Assembly (NCBI GenBank): GCA_027925325.1
Contig: AP027133.1
Coordinates: 270,001-302,000, forward strand
Direction of reading: 5' to 3'
Origin: Candidatus Saccharimonadota bacterium
Lineage (GTDB): Bacteria > Bacillota_I > Bacilli_A > Mycoplasmatales > Hepatoplasmataceae
DNA length: 32,000 bases
Below are positions 25,201-32,000 of the stretch, piece after piece (the stretch's first letter is position 1; the number at the start of each line of letters is the position of its first letter). The translations under genes and the position numbers were made by a program. The notes below the pieces were generated by a model. The model did no database searches. It was given only the letters and a program-made list of their open reading frames with translations, and was not told the origin of the DNA.

Positions 25201-26502
25201 TTTGGACATTGTCCTAAACAACTCATGAATACCAACTGACCAAAACAAGGAAAAATAAAGGAATTTAATCATTACTGTCCTAAACAACTCATGAATACCA
25301 ACTGACCAAAACTTTTATAAAATAATCATTTTCATTTTCAATGTCCTAAACAACTCATGAATACCAACTGACCAAAACTAAATGAAAAAGACTTTGAAGT
25401 AGCAAAATTAGTCCTAAACAACTCATGAATACCAACTGACCAAAACCTTTTTTATTATTAATTAATATTGGGTATTGTCCTAAACAACTCATGAATACCA
25501 ACTGACCAAAACCCAAATCTTCATAATCATTATAATTTAATTGTCCTAAACAACTCATGAATACCAACTGACCAAAACATGCTTTTAAAAGTAATTAAAT
25601 CTCATTCAGTCCTAAACAACTCATGAATACCAACTGACCAAAACCATTTAAAAACATTCATACCGGAGAAAGATGTCCTAAACAACTCATGAATACCAAC
25701 TGACCAAAACTTTACGTTTACGTGTTCTTCGTAGATTAATGTCCTAAACAACTCATGAATACCAACTGACCAAAACCGATAATCTCTATCTTTTCCAATT
25801 AAAAAAGTCCTAAACAACTCATGAATACCAACTGACCAAAACCTATCGAGTTATGACTTGGACCACCAAATCGTCCTAAACAACTCATGAATACCAACTG
25901 ACCAAAACATAATAAAAAGATCCGCTTTGGAAAATGAAGTCCTAAACAACTCATGAATACCAACTGACCAAAACACAAACTAAGGAAACAAAAAATAATA
26001 ATATGTCCTAAACAACTCATGAATACCAACTGACCAAAACGTTATTGTTATCAAATCGATATTATCATTTGTCCTAAACAACTCATGAATACCAACTGAC
26101 CAAAACAGCAATTCTAAACGGACTTACTTTAATGGTGTCCTAAACAACTCATGAATACCAACTGACCAAAACATTATATTTACGTTATTGAAGAACATAA
26201 AAGTCCTAAACAACTCATGAATACCAACTGACCAAAACATATATAAATGTATGTGTGGTTTTTTTAATGTCCTAAACAACTCATGAATACCAACTGACCA
26301 AAACACTATTTCTTATGACCCAGGTGATTTTGAAGTCCTAAACAACTCATGAATACCAACTGACCAAAACACAAGTATTATAGTAGAAATTTTTACAGTA
26401 GTCCTAAACAACTCATGAATACCAACTGACCAAAACACCAGAAGTAAAGCTATCTGATTCTATTTCGTCCTAAACAACTCATGAATACCAACTGACCAAA
26501 AC
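22241..26502 (-). CRISPR. Type II-A CRISPR array: 65 x 36-bp repeats, 64 spacers
   Basis: Plus-strand repeat is GTCCTAAACAACTCATGAATACCAACTGACCAAAAC; transcribed sense is GTTTTGGTCAGTTGGTATTCATGAGTTGTTTAGGAC. I enumerated every unit: 63 spacers are 30 nt and one is 32 nt (25379..25410). I noticed no variation in 64 of the repeats. The leftmost repeat (22241..22276, TATCTAAAC...) has 3 substitutions, marking the trailer end. Orientation is confirmed by tracrRNA complementarity. Confidence 0.98.
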
Positions 26503-26705
26503 ACTACAAAAAAATTATATTAAAAAATTAATTTATATAAGGATTATTTTTGCTTTTTTAAAAATTAGCTTTTTAAAAATATTATTTATTTTGATCTTTT
26601 TTGATATGAAAATTTTAAATTTATTTATTTTTTCTTGTTATAATTCTCTTATTAAATAATAATTATTAGAGTTTTAAATCGGTAAAAGGGACAATTAATT
26701 AAAAG
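26503..26705 (-). promoter_or_regulatory. CRISPR leader (AT-rich), with a candidate minus-strand -10 TATAAT at 26515..26520
   Basis: It abuts the perfect, non-degenerate terminal repeat on the side opposite the degenerate one. The minus-strand TATAAT lies 12 nt upstream of the first repeat. The same interval also holds the plus-strand promoter of the neighbouring gene. Confidence 0.5.
26636..26644 (+). promoter_or_regulatory. Extended -10 promoter TGtTATAAT for CDS 26706
   Basis: Exact TGnTATAAT 62 nt upstream of the GTG start. The same TGTTATAAT element precedes the paralog at 29537..29545. Confidence 0.4.
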
Positions 26706-29351
26706 GTGAAAAAATATAAATTTTTTAATTTTAAAATTTTCAGTGTTTTTACTAGTTTTTTAATTTTCATTAATTTTGCAAATATTAATTTAATTAATAA
26801 TAAATTAAATGATGATAATCTTAATGAAACAAAAATTGGTGATATTATCACACAAGTAAATGGTCAACAAGTTTATGGCGAGGATTTTGATCAAAGTTAT
26901 GAGGCTACTTCAGGAGCTTTAGTTGATGCAGATTTAGATGGATTTGCTGACACTATTTATATGTGAGGCGGAAATAGCTACGGTCAATTAGGAATAAATG
27001 ATCAGGAAAATGAAATAGTTTCTACTCCACAAAAAATAGATACTTTTAAATACGGAACAGGTAGTTTTTATGAACTACAAAGTAGTGGTACACATTCAGG
27101 TGTTATATTTGATTCTGATAATGATAATAAAAGTGATCAATTATATATGTGAGGAGATAATAGTTCACAAGAATTAGCAATTAATCGAAATATTACGGAA
27201 AATATTTCAATTCCTGTTGTTGTTGATTTTGATTGAGGCGGAAATATAATTGAATTAGAATTAGCTTATGGTTATTCTGGTGTTACCGTTGATACCGATG
27301 AAGATGATTATGCTGATACTCTTTATATGTGAGGTAATAATGCTGATGGACAGATCGGAAATGGTGAAAAAGAAAATACAATTTTAGAACCAACTTTAAT
27401 AACACCACAAGATCAAGATAATTGAAATGGTAATATTTTAGATTTTGAAACAGATGGACATCATACCGGTGTAATTATCGATACTGATTATGATGGATAT
27501 GCTGATACCTTATATATGTGAGGTAATAATGATTATGGACAGATCGGAAATGGTGAACGTACTTTTGATGTTACGATTCCAACGATGATTACTCCGCAAG
27601 GTAATGATTGAAATGGTAATTTAATTGATCTTGAATTAGGAGCTTATCATTCAGGTGTTACCGTTGATACTGATGATAGTGGATATGCTGATACCTTATA
27701 TATGTGAGGGGATAATTATTTTGATCAATTAGGAAATTTGCAATCATCAGGTAATACTTTAGTACCGTTAATTTCATATGGCCCTGATCAAACTTGAAAT
27801 GGTGATATCGTTGATTTTTCTCTTTCTGGTTTAAATAGCGGAACAGTAATTGATACTGATAATGACCATCTTGGTGATAAGGCCTATTTTTGAGGTGATA
27901 ATAATTGTGGACAGATTGGTAATAATCAGAAAACGAGCGGAAATGAAAATCAAAGTGAAATTAGTATTCCAACTTCACCATTAGATCAAAATGGAGAAGA
28001 ATTCTTGTGAAATGGGAATATAGTTAATTTAGATTTAGGTGGTAATTCAAGTTCCATATTGATTGATACTAATTATGATGGATATGGTGATGATCTTTAT
28101 TTTTGAGGCGATAATGATTATGGGCAATTGGGAAATAATGAAATTAGTAAAGATCAATTAACACCTGTAGGACAAGATTTTTATTTAGAAAATTTCTTAT
28201 TAGAAGATTATCAATTTTACAATACTAATAATCATCAATTATTAATTAATATTAAATTAAAAGATGAAGATAATATTTTTAATCAAGATAATATTCCTGA
28301 TTTAAAATTAAAAAATCAAAATGATGTTTATACAACAACATATCTTCTTGATAATTCAAATCCGGAAATTGATTCTTATACTTTTTTAATAAATAATACA
28401 AAAACAGGAACATCATATAATTTTGAGAAAATTTTAATAAATGATCAAAATGATGATTTTGATCAAGATAAAATTTTTGCAATTGAAAATGGACAAATCG
28501 TAAGTGATTATAAAATTGTTTCAGCAACAATTCCTGAAGAAAATATTTCACCAACAGAAGTTTTATTAGCTCTTAAAATTGAAAATCAAAAAGATTTTGA
28601 AATTAGTAATTTTACTAACGATCAATTAAAAGTAAGAATAAATTATCAAGATAAAGATCAAGAACAAAATCTTTCGCAGGAAACATTTATAAATGAAAAT
28701 AAAGAAATATTACTTACAGGACTTGAAGTACAAAAAAATTATCAAGTTACAAGTATTGATTATTTTTATGAAGATAGTAATTATAAATATAGTTTAGATA
28801 ATTTAAATTTAAATTTCACAACTAATGCTGTTGCACCTACTTTTTATGATTTAGATGACACTTTTGTAGTAAATGATGTAGAAGAAAATTGGTTTCAATT
28901 CACAGTTGAATTAGATAATGTTATTTTTGATCAAAATGGAAAAGTAAGTAATATTAGTAGTGATATTATTTTCTTATTTGATGATGATAATTCTTATCAA
29001 GCTTATTATGTAGAGAATAGTTGAGAAGAAGATACATCGCAATTAACAACAGCAAATGGATCAATGCAAGGATATGCGACATTTGAGGTCGAGGAATTAT
29101 CAGCAAAAACAAATTATTCTTTTATCGGACTTAGCTTTGATCAAAGTGAAGAGAATATGCAAAGATTTTCACAAGCACAAGTAATTAAAACTGATAAAAA
29201 CGTAAATTATATTTTAATCTTTTTGATAATAATTGGTTCAATACTTATTATTTTATTATTGATCGGGGCGTTTTATTTATTTAGAAAATATTATTGAACA
29301 AAAGAACCTGAAAATTCAGAAGAAGATTTTGAAATTTTAAGTAAAATTTAA
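26706..29351 (+). CDS. Membrane-anchored surface protein: signal-like N-terminus, seven-blade RCC1-like propeller, Ig/FN3-like stalk domains, C-terminal TM anchor (881 aa), paralog B
   Basis: GTG start (an in-frame TAA lies immediately upstream). ORFs 26706, 28128 and 29064 are in one frame (offsets 1422 and 2358). Seven Y-(M/F)-W-G-.-N-..-GQ(L/I)G blades. Stalk motifs NNTKTGTSYNFEKILI and LEVQKNYQVTSIDYFYEDSNYKYSL. TM helix NYILIFLIIIGSILIILLLIGAFYLF. TAA stop at 29349. Confidence 0.85.
26925..28130 (+). repeat. Seven tandem coding repeats (propeller blades, 180-213 nt period) inside CDS 26706..29351
   Basis: The TGA (Trp) of the YMWG/YFWG motif recurs at 26964, 27150, 27330, 27519, 27705, 27891 and 28104. 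Stretches such as GCTGATACCTTATATATGTGAGG recur nearly verbatim. Confidence 0.85.
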
Positions 29352-29360
29352 TAAAAAGCA

Positions 29361-29386
29361 AAAAAGACTTGAAAAAGTCTTTTTTT
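29361..29386 (+). terminator. Intrinsic terminator after CDS 26706..29351
   Basis: Stem AAAAAGACTT (29361..29370) / AAGTCTTTTT (29375..29384), GAAA tetraloop, followed by a T-run. Confidence 0.7.
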
Positions 29387-29536
29387 GCGAAAATTAATAT
29401 TTTTTAAGAGCGATGTAAATAAAAAAGAAGATAAAATTTATTTTTATTTCTCTTAATTAAGATATTTCTTAGCATCAATTAAAATATATTCTTTTATTTA
29501 AAATGTTCTCAAATTTTTAAATTTAAAAATTAGCAA

Positions 29537-29545
29537 TGTTATAAT
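29537..29545 (+). promoter_or_regulatory. Extended -10 promoter TGtTATAAT for CDS 29572
   Basis: Exact TGnTATAAT 27 nt upstream of the ATG. SD AAGAGGA at 29557..29563. Confidence 0.4.
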
Positions 29546-29571
29546 TTATTAATTATAAGAGGATTAAATAA

Positions 29572-31566
29572 ATGAAAATAATTAAAAAAACTCTATCAAT
29601 ATCTGCAATTTTAATTTTTATCATCGGATTACCAATAAGAAATTTAAACTCTAATAAAAATCAAAATAATCAAACTGATTTTAATTATGGTTTAATTATT
29701 GATCAAGAAGATGCTAATTATTATTCAGGAGCGACAATTGATTCCGATTTAGACGGAGATGCTGATACCTTATATATGTGAGGAAAAAATGATAGCGGTC
29801 AAATTGGTGATGGAACAAAAAATGATGTCACTTCTGGTCCTATTGAAATTTTCCCTAATAATAAATCTTGAAATGGCAACTTAATTAATCTTGAATTAGG
29901 TGATGATCATAGCGCAATTACTGTTGATACAAATTATGATGGATATGCTGATACTCTTTATATGTGAGGAGATAATAGCAGTGGACAATTAGGTAATGGT
30001 GGTGTAATTAATAGTTTTTCCTATCCACAAAAGATAGTTCCGCAAAATCAAATAAATTGAAAAGGAAAGATTATTGATTTATCCTTGGGAACAGATTTTA
30101 GCGGGGTGATAATTGATACTAATTTAGATAATTATGGTGACACACTTTATATGTGAGGTAACAATAGTAATGGACAATTAGGAAATGGTAATATTGAAAA
30201 TTTAAATTATCCTAAAATTATTACCCCACAAAATGAATCTTGAAATGGTAATTTAATTGATCTTGAATTGGGAGAAAAGGATTCAGCGCTTACTATTGAT
30301 ACTAATTATGATGGATATGCCGATACCCTTTATATGTGAGGAAGTAATGAATTTTTGCAATTAGGTCAAGAAGATTCCAATTTAAATAATCAAATTTATC
30401 CAACAATAACAGAACCAAATAATATAAATGGATTTGATGGTAATATTTTAGATTTATCGACATCAAAATATAGTTCTGGGGTAATTATTGATAATAATTT
30501 AGATAATTATGGTGATACATTATATATGTGAGGGACAAATATAAATGGCGTAATTGGCAATAATATCGATTCAAATATAACTCCTACTATTATTTCCTCT
30601 TTTCCTGGTAATTTAATTAAATTTGTAACGAAAAATCAAAATTCTGGTGTTACCGTTGATACTGATTTAGATGGATATGCTGATACTCTCTATATGTGAG
30701 GAGATAATCAATATGGTGAAGCTGGAACAGGGGATATTGATCAAAATGTTATTTATACTCCGATAGAAATATTACCCTATTTTGGTAGTTGAGAAGGAGA
30801 TATTTTAAATTACGCAATCGGTGATACTTATGCAAGTGTTGTAGTAGATAGAAATTATGATCAACATGGTGATACTTTGTATATGTGAGGAAGTAATCAA
30901 TATGGTGAAATAGGATTGGCACCTTCTCCTAATGTCATTCTTCCTAACGATGTCTTTAATTTAATTAGTTATTCTATTTCCGAGCTTTTAATAACAAATA
31001 ACAATGATCATGGCTTAAATTTAAGATTATCTTTAAATGATTATTGAGATATTTTCAATATTAACAATCTTCCAGAAGTTACTTTATATGATCAATATAA
31101 TTCAGAATATTCTCTAACTTATTTAGAAGATTTATCAAATCCTGATAGTGACTTATATTATTTTGAAATTAATGATCTTAATTCAGGAACAAAATATATT
31201 TTTGAAAAAATAAAAATCGATCAATTACATTTTCATTTTCCTGAAATTATTGCAATAAGTGATTATTATATTTCTGGGATGGAAGTAAAATCAATTGGAA
31301 CTAATGATGTGGTTTTTGATCTTGATTTAATTTTGGCAGATAATTTAAATATTAGTTATTTTGATTTTAACGAAAGAAAAGTAAGAGTAAATTTTAGTAA
31401 TGATACTTATCAAGAAGCATTAATTAATAATGATCGTAGTGTTAAATTAATTAATTTAACTGCTAATACCAATTATCAAATAACTAGCATTGATTATTTT
31501 TATCAAGATCAACAATATAAATATAACTTGGTAACTGATATGGCTTTTAAAACTTTAGCAGAATAA
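29572..31566 (+). CDS. Secreted seven-blade RCC1-like propeller protein with Ig/FN3-like C-terminal domains and no TM anchor (664 aa), paralog C
   Basis: N-terminus MKIIKKTLSISAILIFIIGLP. ORFs 29572 and 31279 are in one frame (offset 1707). Seven DTLYMWG blades. C-terminal motifs DLNSGTKYIFEKIKI and LTANTNYQITSIDYFYQDQQYKYNL parallel those of paralog B. TAA stop at 31564. Confidence 0.85.
29740..30910 (+). repeat. Seven tandem coding repeats (propeller blades, 168-192 nt period) inside CDS 29572..31566
   Basis: The TGA (Trp) of YMWG recurs at 29779, 29965, 30154, 30337, 30529, 30697 and 30886. Confidence 0.85.
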
Positions 31567-31568
31567 AA

Positions 31569-32000
31569 TTAATTATCTTTTGGCCAAACTCATTCTCCAA
31601 ATAATGGGTGCTGAGGGAAAATACCTGATCAGTGGGCAATTTTTTTATTAATATAAAAAGTAAAAATAAAATCACGATGCAAAATTACTTCTTTTTGATT
31701 CAAATCTAATAATTTTGCATCTATTCTAATTTTTTTACTTTTAGCATCAATAATAATGTAATTTATAATAAATTTTACAAAACTTTTATCATATCTTATT
31801 TCAACATTTATTTTACTATTTAATAATCTTTTATTTTTCCAATTAATTTTTATAAGTTCATGTCTTATTGTTTCTTTATGTTCAAGAATTTTTCCATACA
31901 AATCTTCATCAGCTTCAATTCTTAATGGGATATTTATCTTAGTTGTAATTAAATTAGCTCCTCAAAAACTGTTGAGACTATTTTTAATGTATCTTCGTTT
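31569..32000 (-). CDS. Hypothetical protein, C-terminal part (5' end beyond the right edge)
   Basis: The frame is open from base 32000 through ORF 31629..31901. The track's stop at 31629..31631 is TGA, so under code 4 the protein continues as WSGIFPQHPLFGEWVWPKDN to TAA at 31569..31571. I recognise no family. Confidence 0.5.

Noticed and set aside
22567-26306. Eleven ORF-track entries inside the array, encoding reiterated peptides (FWSVGIHELFRT.. and FGQLVFMSCLG..).
   Set aside because: These are translations of the 36-bp CRISPR repeat in two frames, with spacers as linkers. The periodicity is exactly the 66-nt repeat unit. They are not genes.

Overview
Very AT-rich, Mollicutes-type window that has to be read with genetic code 4. 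In-frame TGA falls on conserved Trp positions in every large gene (PGWVEHD in GlpK, SLGWAI in Cas9, Y-M-W-G in the propeller proteins), so the standard-code ORF track is heavily fragmented. I re-joined those fragments by frame arithmetic.

Left to right:
- a partial secreted RCC1-like propeller protein (-)
- a small anchored surface protein
- dnaE
- a Toprim/OLD-like protein with a dead P-loop
- a CPC-type P-type ATPase
- a complete but physically split type II-A CRISPR-Cas system
- two more seven-blade RCC1-like surface proteins (+)
- a partial convergent gene (-)

The CRISPR-Cas system has these parts:
- tracrRNA (+, about 7670-7852), convergent with cas1-cas2-csn2 (-, 7850-10209)
- a 7.65-kb catabolic block: GH13 phospho-alpha-glucosidase and PTS EIIBC on the minus strand, glpF-glpK-glpO on the plus strand
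- cas9 (-, 17862-21473, 1203 aa)
- two small membrane-protein genes
- a 65-repeat/64-spacer array (22241-26502), transcribed on the minus strand with its leader on the right

I recognised no transposase, integrase, rRNA or tRNA.

Most interesting:
- the split and permuted II-A architecture, with a distant tracrRNA that carries a tandem anti-repeat
- small membrane-protein genes wedged between the array and cas9
- a Csn2 homolog that keeps an intact Walker A
- pairs of diverged homologous spacers
- an RCC1-type propeller family carrying integrin/FG-GAP-like acidic loops

All coordinates and translations were derived by hand. No database search was possible.
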